DNA of 62,899 nt, filler included, from Pirum gemmata (GCA_002812295.1; 10 parts of 10 records of this genome joined end to end with filler, not necessarily neighbours in it), one strand, 5' to 3'; shown: positions 38,105-52,519, counted from the whole stretch's first letter. Translations and numbers: made by a program. Notes: generated by a model not told the origin, from the letters alone.

Positions 38105-38170
38105 TTTCAAAAAAAAAAAAACTTTTTTTTTTTGAACTCCTTGTTTGAAATTAATAACTAATAAATTTTA
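37971..38170. repeat. Inverted repeat around a poly-A spacer (foldback/MITE-like)
   Basis: aaacaaggagttcgaaaaaa versus ttttttgaactccttgttt, with outer aatttatt/aataaatt. Confidence 0.55.
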
Positions 38171-38761
38171 TCATATGTGCATAGTCAGAGCTATTATCGA
38201 TGTGATAGCTAGTTAGAGTAAGTTACAGAGTAGTAGCTACGTTCTATGATTGTATTAGCTATGATATGATACTATCGACCTGGATGGAGCTCTACTAGCT
38301 AGCTAGCTCTAGTATCCGATATATCATATAATATTATCATATATATGTATCAGATAGTTGCTATCGATAGTAGCTAAGCTAGCTATCATGATAGTATGAT
38401 ATGATATCTGATAGTATATAGCTAGACCTCCCCCTTTTTTTATGATACACTGGTAGACCGTAGATAATATTATGATATGACCACCACATCATAATAATAA
38501 AAAAAAATAGAAGTTTTTAGTACTATGGGTTGAAACCTACTCTCTAGCTAGCTAGCTGGCTAGTATTAAAACTAGTATCGATATGATAGTATCATAGTAG
38601 AACTAGCTAGCTAGTAGTAGGGAGGTTGAAACCAAACTCAGAACCAAACTGTTGAAAGGTCAGAAGGCTGCAGAAGGGTAAAGTTTAAAATGTTCTGGAT
38701 CTACAACTCAGTACTAAGTACTACAAACTCAGTGCTCTACTTAGAGCTAGCTACTTAGAGA

Positions 38762-38970
38762 TAGGCGTGCTGATGGTGTGCTGCGTGCAGTCACTGCAGT
38801 GTGCACTTTCCCCTTCAGGCGAGTCCCCGCTTGCGAGTTCCCATGATCACCGTTGCCAACATAGATCAATCATGCAAATCATGCAATAATATCAGATGAT
38901 TTCTTGCTGATTTCTTGCATTTCCAAAGAGCGTCAGAAGTTCATTTTTCGCTTTTTGAATGCTCGCTCTG
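38762..38970 (-). pseudogene. GC-rich coding remnant, possibly Fanzor/TnpB-like
   Basis: RASIQKAKNELLTLFGNARNQQEII then, after short duplications and a frameshift, LIYVGNGDHGNSQAGTRLKGKVHTAVTA. Motif resemblance only. Confidence 0.25.
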
Positions 38971-40916
38971 ACTAGCTAATCACTGCTAATCACTGCTAAT
39001 TACTGCTAATTACTGCTAATTACTGCTAGCTAGACTACTGACTACTAGCTAGCTAGAGTAGCTATCATAATATATCAATAGCTAGCTGGTTATCATTGAT
39101 AGCCAGGTTCTGCTATGATAGCTAGACCTCTCTACCACATCTAGCTACTAGTAGGGCTCTCTACCTGGTAGGGGAGCGTTCAAATAATACGTCACGTCAA
39201 GGGGTAGGTAAGTAGGTGGTATTTGACCGAAAATTGACGTCGAGGGGTAAGTAGATAGGGGTATTTGAAGCTGTATTTGACCTGAAATTGGCGTTGCTAC
39301 TAGCTAGCTAGCTAGTAGTAGTAGTCTATCATACACGACTCAACAGTCATGGTAGCTGGTAGCACCTTGAATTTTGAAACGGCGGATAGAGAGCCATTTA
39401 TCATGTAGGCTATTCCAAAAAAATAATTATTTTTTTAAAAAAAATATAAATAAGAGAGACCGACCGACATACTCGAAAGAGTCTCGAAAGTTTAGAGCGA
39501 GACTTGCTCGATCGAGACTTACACGGAAATAGAACTGGAAACAGGAACTGGAATTAGACCAAGTTTCTGCTAAGTTTCAGGAGTCAGGACTAAGTTTAGA
39601 CTATCACTGTTTTATAATAATATAATACACAATGACCAAATTTTCCACTCCAAATTAAACAATCTTATTGTGATATCTAGCTAGTTTGGGGTGCCATGGT
39701 AGTCACTAGTAATTAGTTGTTACGTCAATATTTAAAAAAATGACGTAAATTTATTATTATTATTATTATTAGATTATTATTATAGCTATTATTACTCTAT
39801 TATTATATTATTAGTCTTCCTTGCTATGATATTATTATGATAGAAGTATAGATAAATAATTTATCACGATATATCATAATATCATATATCATAGCTATGA
39901 TATTATAGTAGTAGTAGACTAGCAGTACTAGCCTAGTTTATCATATCATATCAAACAGTGAATATCAAGACTATATTATCAAAATTAGCAAAGACTTCAA
40001 GAAACCCTTGATATTATTCATAAATAATATTATTCATAAATAATATCAATAAATAATGATTTCTTAATTACGTAGATATATATAGATAGGCCCTTGAAAA
40101 TTAGAATATCGACCAATTCTAGACAATAAGGCGATAATAAAAACGATGTTACAGTCTTACAGAACATCCTATTGTCATACTAGCTAGCTAGCTATCGTTA
40201 GGTCTGTGGGGAAAAATTATCGATATTATCAATATTTATTTATTTATTTCATTTATTCAAAGCAGCTAGTTTACAAATATCATAAGTCTGCCTCGTAGTT
40301 ATTGTGCTTTTCATTTATTTTGTCACTCCGAATATTTATTTGGTTGGTTATAATATTTAAATTGACATTCTTATATGAATAAATAGATAATAAAATATAC
40401 CAAATATTAATTAAATGAAATGGATTTATATTGTATTTTAATGATGAGTTGTTTACTTGATTGTTTTGAGTTTAATTTGAGCTTGTAGAGCTATTATCGA
40501 GCACAATGCCAGTGAGTGACTGTGAGTGCATAAAATTGTGGTTTTATTTCAAATACAGTGTAATTCATATGCATATCATTAATAATATTAATTGGTATTA
40601 TGAATTGTTGTAAATTTGTTATGAATTGTAGTACTTAACCACTCGCAGACTATTATTTGACTATCGCAAAAGTGAACTTCGTAAGTTTGTGGTGAATTAA
40701 TGAATCAGAATGACTTCGTAATTTAAATTATTTAATGGTTCTATTATCATATTATTATTGATAACGTGTTTACAGTTTATACAGCAATACCAAGGACGGT
40801 AAAGTGCTTGATATCGATGTTTAAGATTTGTTTTTTCTTGAACCTTGATATTAAAAATATTATCTTGTATTTACATATTTAATATTATATAAGTCTAATA
40901 ATAAATAAATAAATAA

Positions 40917-40963
<47 letters not shown>

Positions 40964-41631
40964 AAATATTATTAAATACAGACTCTTTACACTGGACTCT
41001 TTTTTAAAATATCATACAACTGATACAGAATCGATATAAATAGACCAGCCTGGGGGAGTCTAACTAAATAGACGCTCCGCTCCACTCAGACGCTCCACTC
41101 CTGTCTACTGTCTACAGTCTGTCAGTCTCCCACCCAACCAAGCAACCAAGGTGATGGAGAAAATTTATTTATATCGTGCAGCATAATAGTCTACGTCTAC
41201 AAAATAAAAAAAAATTAATAATAGACTATCATAGAATAAAAAAAATCAATAAAACCAAATAAATAAGCAATATAATAAATAAACAAAATTTAACTATCTA
41301 GCTAGCTACTCTAGCTAGTAGTAGCCTAGCTAGCTAGCTATCAGATAGAAGCAAGTAGTTTCTAGCTAGTCTAGCTAGCTAGCTACTAGAGCGTATCGAT
41401 AGTATTATTATCCTAATAGACTAAATGATTCTATATCATAGTATTATCATTATTATGATATTACTATGATATGATATTATAGTGCTTTTCAGTTGTTTTG
41501 TCATCATAAAATATACAATAAATAATACCAAATTAATATAATATAAATCCATTTCATTTAATTTGGTATATTTTATTATATATTTATTTATTTAAAAAAA
41601 AGCACTATAAAAATAATTAGTTAGACTTTGA

Positions 41632-41738
41632 CCCTAACCCTAACCCTAACCCTAACCCTAACCCTAACCCTAACCCTAACCCTAACCCTAACCCTAACCC
41701 TAACCCTAACCCTAAAACCCTAACCCTAACCGTAACCC
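41632..41738 (-). repeat. Interstitial (CCCTAA)n array
   Basis: About 14 perfect units plus variants; a short array also at 51285-51310. Confidence 0.95.
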
Positions 41739-42879
41739 TATCATAGACTGCACACAAAATAAAAGAAAAGCCCGATAGTGTAGCTAGTCTTTGAACATAG
41801 AAAAACCTGTAAGACTAAGACTAGATTTTTTAAAAAAATATTACAGATATAAGACAGATATAATAATTATTATAATATAAATCCGAATATATAGACAACA
41901 ATATCCACAACAACGACTATAACACTATAACACTGGGAACAAAGGTTAAAAACCAATATTTCTACAACAAAAGAACAATACAATTGCTTATCATAAACTA
42001 CATATTATGGTATTATCATGAAAAGTACAACATTGAAGCCAAAAAAACCGAATGACAATCAAATCAAAGTATTACATTATATGAAACAAATCAACAAATT
42101 ACAACTATGTAAAAGCCTCCTTTTTTTTATCAGGAACTTTTTTTTTTATTTATTTTTATGATACATCCTCCATACATCCTCCATATGAGCTCAAAAATCC
42201 AAAAAAAATATCAAAATGAATCAATTTTTTAAAATGAAAGTACTACCAAATTTTGAGAAAATATCTAAATAAAAAACTCTATTATGAACCAATGGCTTAT
42301 TTTTAAAAATAATTTGGTGGGTTATAATTGAACATTTTAGGAAAGAAGTCTAAAAAAAAAAAAAAAAAAAAATCTACAATAAAAAAACTGAAGAAAAAAA
42401 AAAAAAGTTTTAGATAATATAATAATAATTATGCATATCATATATAGTAAAAAAAATTATAGTGTAATTGTTGTAGTTTGTTTGTTGACTTGTTTCATAA
42501 CACTTTGGTATAAGTTTTAAAATAATTTGATTGTTGTTCGGTTTTATAGTGCTTTTCAGTTATTTTGTCGTCATAAAGTATACAATAAATAGCACAAAAT
42601 TAATACAATATAAATCCATTTGATTTAATTAAGTATATTTTATTATCTATTTATTGATTTAAAAATGTCAATTTAAAGATTATAACCCTCCAAATAAATA
42701 TTCCGAGTGAGAAAATAAATGAAAAGCACGATAACTTGTTGTAATAAATAATACCATATACATTAGCAATTGTTGTATTGTTCTTTTGTTGTAGAGCTCT
42801 AGTTTAGTATTGTAGCTATTTTGATCTTTTGTTATAGAAATACAGTGTAGAAATATTGGTTTTTAACTTTTTTTCCTAA

Positions 42880-43011
42880 GGGAGCGTAAAGCCAATTTCC
42901 GGTCAAGTACAGCTTCAAATACCCCTACCTACCTTCCCCTCGACGTTAATTTCCGGTCAAATACCACCTACCTACCTACCCCTTGACGTGACGTATTATT
43001 TGATTGCTCCC
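42880..43011. mobile_element. MITE family C, PIF/Harbinger-like, TAA TSD
   Basis: TAA|gggagcg...ttgctccc|TAA; copies at about 3392-3525, 39170-39296, 51219-51275 and 58556-58674 share ggtaggtagg and gaccggaaatt motifs. Confidence 0.8.
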
Positions 43012-44099
43012 TAATATTATGGCGTTATAATCGTTGTTATGGGTGTTTTTCATTTATTTTATCACTCTGAATATTTATTTGGTTGTTTATAATATTTAAA
43101 TTGATACTTTTAAATAAATAAATATATAATAAAATATACCAAATTAAATGAAATGGATTTATATTGTATTAATTTGGTTCTGTTTATAGTGTTTAACTGA
43201 AGTGCACTTTTTTGCCTCATCAATTTCAAGTCGAAACTTTTTTTGATGTGTTCAAAAAAAATTAGTAGTCTAGTCTAGTCTAGCTAGAGGCCACTATGAA
43301 TATTTATTTGGAGGGTTATAATCTTTAAATTGGCATTTTTAAATCAATATATATATAATAAAATATACCAAATTAAATTAAATGGAATTACATTATATTA
43401 ATTTGGCACTNNNNNNNNNNNNNNNNNNNNNNNNNNNNNNNNNNNNNNNNNNNNTTAATTAATTAANNNNNNNNNNNNNNNNNNNNNNNNNNNNNNNNNN
43501 NNNNNNNNNNTTATATTTATATCCTTATCTGAGAGTCTAAAAATTATTAAATTTATTTGAAAGTGAAGAAAATAATTTTGTCCCAGTTGGTAGACTGTTG
43601 GTAGACTTTTATCAGCTCTTTTATCATATTGAAAAAAAATTTATTTAGCTTTCCAAAAAAGACTTGCAACTGACTGGCTTTTTTTGACATCTGTAGATCT
43701 TTTTCCTTTTAAAACTCTTTCTAGACTACTCTTTTTGACACTTATTTTTTTTTTGCAAAAAAAAAAAAAAAAACATTTTTTTTTGAAAATTTAAAAATCG
43801 AGCTAAAGTTTTATTTTATAAGAACAAAAAAAAACGAGCCCAATAAGCTTGATTCGTTAATAAAAGCCGCATCCGTACCCCTTATACGTACCCCTTATAC
43901 TTATGATAGCTACTAGCTACTATGATACTCATTACTATCAAAGCTAGCTAGCCAGTAGCCTTACTAGCTAGTAGTCCAGCTACCGGGTATCAATTATTAA
44001 TACTCTTTTTTTTTTTTTCTAAAAAGAGAAGCAGTTATAAAAGTTGATAAGTTGATTTGTTTCATAATACTTTGGTATAAGTTGATTTGTTTCATAATA

Positions 44100-46290
44100 C
44101 TTTGTATAAGTTGATTTGATTGTTGGTTGGTTGTTATTTGTTGTACTTTTAATAATAAGACCATAATATATAGTCTATGATGAGTAATTGTATTGTTCTT
44201 TTGTTGTAGAAATATTTGTTTTTAATTAAACTTTGTTCCTTTGTAGTCGTTGTTGTGGATGTTGTTGGAGTTGTCATCTATATTCGGGTTAATTAATTAA
44301 TATGTAATATTTTTTTGATGCAGGTTATCCATTCTAGTCAAGTCTTACGGGTTTGTCTATGTTCAAAGATGTATAGTTTGACTTCTGGTGGAAATTCTTT
44401 CGAACAATATTGATACAGTATTGAAAAGTTGGGTTTTCGATGTCCACTATCTTGTTGGTTTTCTTTGGGCTAGCTAGTATCCATATGTGACTTTTTAGTA
44501 TTTTCGGTATTCTTTTTGTATTGATTCTTCTCTTTTTAATTATCTTTTCCCATACATTTTGTTCTATATTCCATAGGTCGTTTAGGTTGTTATCATTAAA
44601 GGTTTTTGCTTTGAGATTTTCTTCAATTTGTTTTATACTACTGTTTGTCATGATCATTTGTAGATCCCATCTATTTGGAGGTATTAATTAATGTTGGTTT
44701 AGACTTTGGAGCATATTTCTATTAATGTTTTTGTTGTTTCTTTTTTACATATATTTTTATATTGTTGTTGTATAAATTAATGGGTCAATGAAGATATTTT
44801 GTTTTATATCGTAAAGTTCGTAGTAAAACTTATTGTTGTTGTTATGTTGATGGTTGTATGCTAGTTTTAATATTATATAATTGTTCTGTGTTGTTTTGTA
44901 TTGGAATCATGTTTTGTAGGGTTTCTATTGTGTGAATTATCCATGTTGGCAATGATTTATTGTTGTTTGTGTTGTTAATGTTGTTAATAATGTTGTGTAA
45001 AGTGAGATTTTGAATGTAGTTATGATGTGATTGGTTAGTGAGTGAGTTGTAGTTGTTGAGGAAGCAATGTGACCAGCAAGATTTGTTGCGATTGTTATTT
45101 GTATTGCATGAGAAAATGTGTTGGGATTTTTTAATAAGGTTGGCGTTTCTCCTTGTTTTAAGAGATTGATCATGTTGATGCATCCTATGTTTTTGGGTGT
45201 TTTGATATTGTTTTGTGTGAATTGGTCGTTGGTAAAAAAAGGCTGTGATTTTTTGTTGTAGGGGTTGAAATAACTTATCTGGTATAAAGGTGTTGGCCAT
45301 GGAATATTGAGATTTTGCTATCATCAAGGTGTTGGCTAAATTTATTCTTTCTACTAAGGGTAGAGCTTTCTATTTTTTGGTTGTTTCTATTATTATATAT
45401 GAATTATTTTTCTTTCTAGTTTGCTGTAGTTTTTGACTTGCCTAGGGGTTTCCTATAAAAACCCCTAAGTTTTCCATTGTTTCTAATTTATATATTTTTT
45501 GATTATTCTGTAGAATGCCGTTTTCTTCTAATAAGGTTGACATTTTACGAAAGTACATTGATTTTGTTTTATCCTTGTTTAATTTGTAACCACCAATATT
45601 TTTACCAAAACTTGTTATTGCATTGATTACTAATAGAATGATTAATTCATTTTTACCGATGATATTAAGATCATCTGCGTATGCAGGAGGTTATAATATT
45701 ATGTATATGGTTTTGTAACGAGGTACCGGTGGATTATAACTCTTAAAAGTTCTATGTAAGTGACAAAAAGATATATTGCCTTTGGGCAACCCTGTCTTAT
45801 ACTTCTTGTTCTAACTATTGGTGTTAAGTAGAAACCATTTTGATATGCACTATGGAGTTTTAAATATAAGTTTTAGATTATTATTATAAATTCTTCTCGG
45901 AATCCAAAGGAGTCTAGAATGCTATATTATAAAGACCATCTTGCTCTGTCGAAAGCTTTTTCCATGTCAGTATTAATATTTAATAGTATTAATATGGTAT
46001 TGGGATTGTTTATCTCTTAGTAAAAAAATTGTGTTTCAATAAAGGATATTGTTTCATTTATGTTTCTTCCTGCTGCCCCACATGTTTGGCCTTCGCTTAT
46101 GATGTGGGGCATTATTCTGTGTAATTTATCTGCTATTATTGCTGCTATAATTTTGTAGTCGGCGTTCATTAGTGTTATAGGTCTATATATAGTTTTTTAA
46201 GTTTGATTTATCATTTTTCTTAAATATAGGTAGTATTATATTATACCTATATAGAAGGATTGTGGTGGTTTGTCTCCTTTGTAGATACTT
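44100..46290 (-). mobile_element. Decayed non-LTR retrotransposon (L1/Tx1-type RT and downstream region), 5'-truncated
   Basis: Minus strand gives YRPITLMNADYKIIAAIIADKL...IISEGQTCG..GRNI, TDMEKAFDR, RQGCP, AYADDL (about 45667-45684) and KLNKDKT, broken by stops and frameshifts. Confidence 0.9.
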
Positions 46291-49200
46291 ATGGTACTAT
46301 TATATCGTGATATAGTCTTTGATATCATTCCAGAAATATATATCTCTCTCTAGAGTGGTATACCACTGTATACCATCATACTAGTACCATCATAGCCCTG
46401 TTCATTTTTTCGTTTTTGTTTCTTCTATTGTTGGCGTGGTTATAGTCACCCCGGGGGTCTCACACTTCTACTAGTAGCTGGCACTCAGGGGCATTTTTTC
46501 TTATTTTTTTTGGTTTTGGCGACATTCACCATATGAGCTCAAAATCCAAAAAATCTCAAAATTGTCCAATTACAGTTAAAGTACTACCAAATTTTGAGAA
46601 ATCGTTTGGCTATGAAAACTCTATTATGAACCAATGGTTTGTTTTTAAAAATATTTTGGCTAGTTATAACTAAAGTTTTTAGAAAAGAAGTCTAAAATAA
46701 AAAAGATTTGTACTGGTAGGTTTGGTTGTTAAAAAATAAATAAATTAATTAAAAAAAACTACCATGGTAGATCATGGTAGACTCATGGTAGAGGTCTATC
46801 GGTATGCATACATAGTCATATCAACATACCTAGCTAGATCAATATACAGCTAACTATACAGCTGTACAATGTCATACACGATAGGAAAAAAAAAAGAAAA
46901 AAAAAATCACTATATATGAAACCAAACACTGACTAAACAATTATTAATGTAATGTAATAATATCTAGTGGAATAATATCATGGTATAATATAATATTATA
47001 CTGCTTACCACAGTGCTTAGTCCTTTTTTTTTTTTTTTTACTATGACATATCATATATTAAACAGGTAGCATAAATATAAACATGGTTACACAAACCGAT
47101 GGACTTTAAATTTATCATTATTATCCCAGTAATAACTTTATCTATTATTCCAGCACCAACACCGTCATATTTGAGTATTGTAACTGTATCATGATCAGTA
47201 CTAATTTATAGTGTTGTTTCTGAACTTAAAAAAAAACTAATGCGGTAGGTGGAGTAAAATCATATATATTTTATCACTCATAAATTTTTGTTTTCACTGC
47301 TTTGTATACACCTGTTTTTGTTATTTTCTAACTAAGGATCTGATATAATCCAGTCCAGGTGACCAATACTTATTAATTAAAAACAAAATTTTTCTTTATT
47401 ATAATTAGTTTTATTATTATTAGTTTTTCCATCTCCTGTCATAATTTTATGGCTTGCGGATTAATTTCCATTTATAGGCTAAACGAAAATTTGCTTGGCC
47501 ATGAGTACAATTCAAGTAATATATATGTACTATTTACATCAATATTTAATTTATTTTGACTTATAGCAATAGTTTAAATACCCTAATGTGATTGCGTTTA
47601 TTGCAAAAAATAAATTCTGGATATTATTATTATTATTACCAATTAAAATTTTGTTTTTTTTTGAATTTTTCATATCGGTTTTCTAATTATTCACCCTTGT
47701 TTCAACTTCAAAGCATTCATTTTTTCTAAGTACTAGTGAGCTGGGTCAAAACCTCATAATATTATGCATGCCTTTGTTTTCAATTTCTTGTATAGATTAA
47801 AGCGAGGAACAAATATTGAGCAGTTGGTTACAAATACAGTACAAATGAAAGTGAATGTGGCGTTCACTACGAAAAAGTTATTATGGTAGCGCTTCTGTGG
47901 GATGGATTTCAATTATAATATTATGTGATATTATATATAGTGATAAGAATTTACAAAGATACAGCACAATATTAAACTTAATTCATGTAATGTATATTGT
48001 AATCATATAATGGGTTTTTTTTATTTAAAATGTTAAAGTGGTCATCATTTTTGGATAGAAAGTTAAATTAGTTAAATGGTTGTGATTTCTACACTGTCAA
48101 TCAAACAATTAGATGACTTACAGGATATCGATGCTTCTGCGGTATAGGGTATATGCGATAGTTCTTTTTGGTAAAAACAACCAATATTTAATAATTATGC
48201 AAGGACAAAGATCAATAAAACGCAAAATCAAAACTGACAAAAATAAGATATTGTTAATGACTTGCTAATGCCAATATTATAATAAATAATATGTTAATAA
48301 TCATACATAATCACAAGAGCTAACATAAATAATACGAAAAGGGTATAAAAATTAATAATATATTATATGTTTTTTCAACCCCCCCTCCCCTTCCAATATA
48401 ATATTATGATATTGATAGAGATTAGTCTACTAGAGGTCTACCTGGGGTACACTGTGTGTGTAGGCCCTTGCCTGTAGGCCTAGCTAGCTAGCTAGACCCT
48501 ACACACAGTAACTACAGTATGATAACACTCGATAGGAGCACAAGAAGTCCATAGACTACCACTTTAGGATTATAATGTGCCGAAATCAGGAAAAACATAG
48601 GTAAAAACAGTGTAGAAACATAGGGAATTAAAATTTTTTAAAACTTCACAATTTACACTCTCTGCATTCTCTGAGTATTCTCTGGCTATTCTCTGCATTC
48701 TTTTTTTTTTTTTTGGTTTTTTTTTCGGATAGACTATGGGCTCAAAAATCCGAAAAATCTCAAAATGCTCCAATTTTAATGAAAGTACTAAGAAATAAGT
48801 ACTACCAAATTATGAGGAATCGTGTAACTAAGAAAACTCTATTATGATCCAATAGCAAGTTTTTAAAAATAATTTGGCTAGTTAGCATTAAAGGTTTTTA
48901 GAAAAGAAAAAAAAGAAGAAAAGAAGAAGAAAAAAAAGATTTCTACTGGTATGATAGGTTAAAGAAAAACGAAAAATCTTAGTAAAATGTATCATACTTG
49001 AAATGTTTATAGAAATGTTTATCTCCACCAACAATAAACAATCAACAATAACCAACAACAATAACTAACATAAACAAACAACAACAATAACAAACATAAC
49101 AATAAAAAAATAACAGAAGCAACATAAAAACAATAAAAAACAACAACAATAACAAACAATCGCACAATATTCATAATTAAAAATGACAAAAATAACAAAA

Positions 49201-52200
49201 ATAACAAAAATAAGTCAAACATAACAAAAATAACAAAAATAAGTCAAACATAACAAAAATAACAAAAATAAGTCAAACATACGATAACAAAAATAACAGG
49301 CATAAATATCTAGTATTATCTACTATAGTAAAAAAAGCAAAAATTAGTTACTATTCAATTATTGTAGATAACAACTTCACTCATTTTTAATCTTTCAATA
49401 TTAATTTTTATCAATATTGTTTATAAATAGTATTCAGGAGAGAAACCAATTTTAAATATTTCTGTGTACTACTTCGCTAATAAAAGTTAAAAATCTCTTG
49501 CGGAATTTTTGAGTTTTGAGTTTTTTTTTTTTAACAATGCTTTCACAACTATGAGCTCTGTTATTCTGAACATAGTTGGACATTTGAATATTTGTAAATT
49601 ATTANNNNNNNNNNNNNNNNNNNNNNNNNNNNNNNNNNNNNNNNNNNNTTAATTAATTAANNNNNNNNNNNNNNNNNNNNNNNNNNNNNNNNNNNNNNNN
49701 NNNNGAAAGTATCGTGTCATTCATTCTTATTTCCCGAAAAGTTTGTCAAAGTAAAACAGTAAAACGTCATCAATTGATGACATAGCGCGCTGACGAATAG
49801 AGACTAGCTAGCTAGTAGTAGTGCTCGCTACTAACTAGACTAGCTAGTGTAAGTTTGTGTAGCTATCAATATCGATTCTATGCTAAGTTATTTTATAGTC
49901 ATAAAGTATACAATAAATAGTACCAAATTAATACAATATAAATCCATTTCATTTAATTTGGTAGATTTTATCTTATATATTCATTTATTTAAAAGTGCCA
50001 ATTTAAATATTATAAACAGCCAAATAAATATTCGGAATGACAAAATAAATGAAAAGAGCATATATATTTATAATTATATACCTATTTATGTAAGCATTAT
50101 AACCAAAAAAAGAAACTTGTAACATGTTTTACCATATATGGTGCCGGCGGGATTTATCGTAAAAAGCTCTACTACAGTAGGGGTGAGATGACGTCATTTT
50201 ATTATTACCGAGCAGCTGCCGGAACTTTTCCGATTTTTATGGTTTTTATTACTATTAATGTTAATATTATTACTTTAATTGGNATTTACTATTTTAAGTT
50301 ATTTAACTGCTATTATTAGTAAGGAACATGGAACTAAGGTTGGCTCGATAAGCATCTGTTCGAAAAAAGTTCCAGTAGACATCTCACCCCTACTTCTACT
50401 ACCGTTAAAAGTGGAGTCTTGTAAACTAGTCATAATAATATCATTATAATATATAGTGCTTTCTAGTTATTTTGCAATTGTCGTCATAAAACATACAATA
50501 AATAGCACCAAATTAATACAATATAAATCCATTTAATTTAATTTGGTATATTTTATTATCTATTTATTTATTTAAAAATGTCAATTTAAAGATTATAACC
50601 CTCCAAATAAATGAAAAGCACGATATTATTTATGGTGTCGTTAAAGTGACAATCAAATCATTTTAACTTGTACAGTCTTATATTAATACCAAAGTATTAT
50701 GAAACAAATAAAACAAATTTCAACTTTTTAACTTTTTTTTAACTTTATTATATAACTGTAACCTACTAGTACTGCTCCTCCTTTTTTTATATATTTTAAT
50801 ATTATATAATAATTAATATTAAATTTTACATTAATATTCATATTCAATATAATATTATCATAAAGGAAAATAAATAAAATTTCTCTATATTATTAGAAAA
50901 AAGTCTAGCTGTCTAACTAACTAGCTATGATAGTGTAGTTACTACAGTCTATCATGCTTGCTTTTTAGTTGTTTTGTCATTACAAAATATGAAATAAAGA
51001 ATACCAAATTAATACAACATAAATCCATTTTATTTTATTTGGTATATTTTATTATTTATTTATTCATTTAACAATGTCAATTTAAATACTATAAGCAACC
51101 AAATAAATATTCAGAGTGACAAAATAAATGAAAAGCACAGTATGATACTAGCTAGCTTACTAAGTAGCAATGATAGCGAAGCCATATTATGTAGTCATTA
51201 GTCCGAGAAGCCATCGTTGGGGAGCGTTCATGCCAATTTCCGGTCAAGTACAGCTTCAAATACCCCTACCTACCTAGTATAGACTAACCCTAACCCTAAC
51301 CCTAACCGTAATCTCGACTCTCTACTATCATTCCAGGGAATCATTCATAAAGGAAGTCACCTAATCTTACCTATGCCTTTTTGTCCAAAATACTTTTGGT
51401 CATAATTTTAAAGTTCATTTTAATAATTAATTGCTGCCTAAAATAGTTTAAGTCACACTTTCGAGCAATGACTTCTATCAAAGAATAAATGACGTCCTTT
51501 TTATCTAAGCGTCCTTTATGAATGGTATCATAATATATATAGTGGTTTTCAGTTGTTTTGTCATCATAAAATAAACAATAAATAGTACCAACTTAATACA
51601 ATATAAATCCATTTAATTTAATTTGGTATATTTTATTATCTATTTATTGATTTAAAAATGTCAATTTAAATATTATAACCCTCCAAATAAATATTTAGAG
51701 TGACAAAATAAATGAAAAGCACGATAATAATATTACTTTTAATTTTAAAATGAATGGTATCATAATAATAATATTATCATAGTCAGTTTGGCGACATTGG
51801 GCACCTTGGTAGGAGTGCTACTAAGGACTATCGAGGATTTTTGTATCAACATCAAAATTTTAAAAATCAAAACATGCCGGGATACCAGCGTTTAATAACT
51901 ATTTTTAATTACAAAACACAGGGAAGAAAATTTAATATTTTTTTCCTCAGGCTCCCCTCCGGGGAACAGGGGAAGGACCTTTTTTTTTAGAAACAGATTT
52001 CATTAAAATCTTCTTTTTTTAGTAATTTTAGTCTTTTTTAGGTTTTTTAATACTAATTTAGGGAAAAACAAAACAAAATAACGACCAATTATAACAACTT
52101 ATTGTAGGGATTTCGAATTTTAAAAATAGCTTCCAGAAAAATTAACCAAAAATAGAAAATAAGTGCACAAAAGATTCTTTTTACCGTTTATTGGAGGATT

Positions 52201-52229
52201 AGTCAAATGTATCCACGAGATGTTGGTCT

Positions 52230-52435
52230 ACTTCTCCCAATTCTACTCTTTTTTAAAAGTCGAGTTTTCAAGCCTATGTAAGTTCGAAATTTTGAGCTTA
52301 CAATTGAGTATTCAAATATATTTATTTATTTATAAATCTGAAAAAAATTGAAAAAATAATTTTCGAACAGGGCTGAATTTCGGCTTTTTTTTTCGACAGC
52401 AGAAATTTGAGTTTTCAAGCAGAATTGGGAGAGGA
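52230..52435. mobile_element. MITE family I
   Basis: tctcccaattct...agaattgggaga inverted ends; second partial copy at about 3140-3337. Confidence 0.6.
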
Positions 52436-52476
52436 CTGACTTTGACTAATCAAAAGATTTCACTCCAGATTCNTTT

Positions 52477-52511
<35 letters not shown>

Positions 52512-52519
52512 TTAGTACC

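Noticed and set aside
47000..48330. Coding-like patches (also 17280-17520, 30510-30730, 40440-40850)
   Set aside because: Interrupted by stops, with no motif I can recognise.
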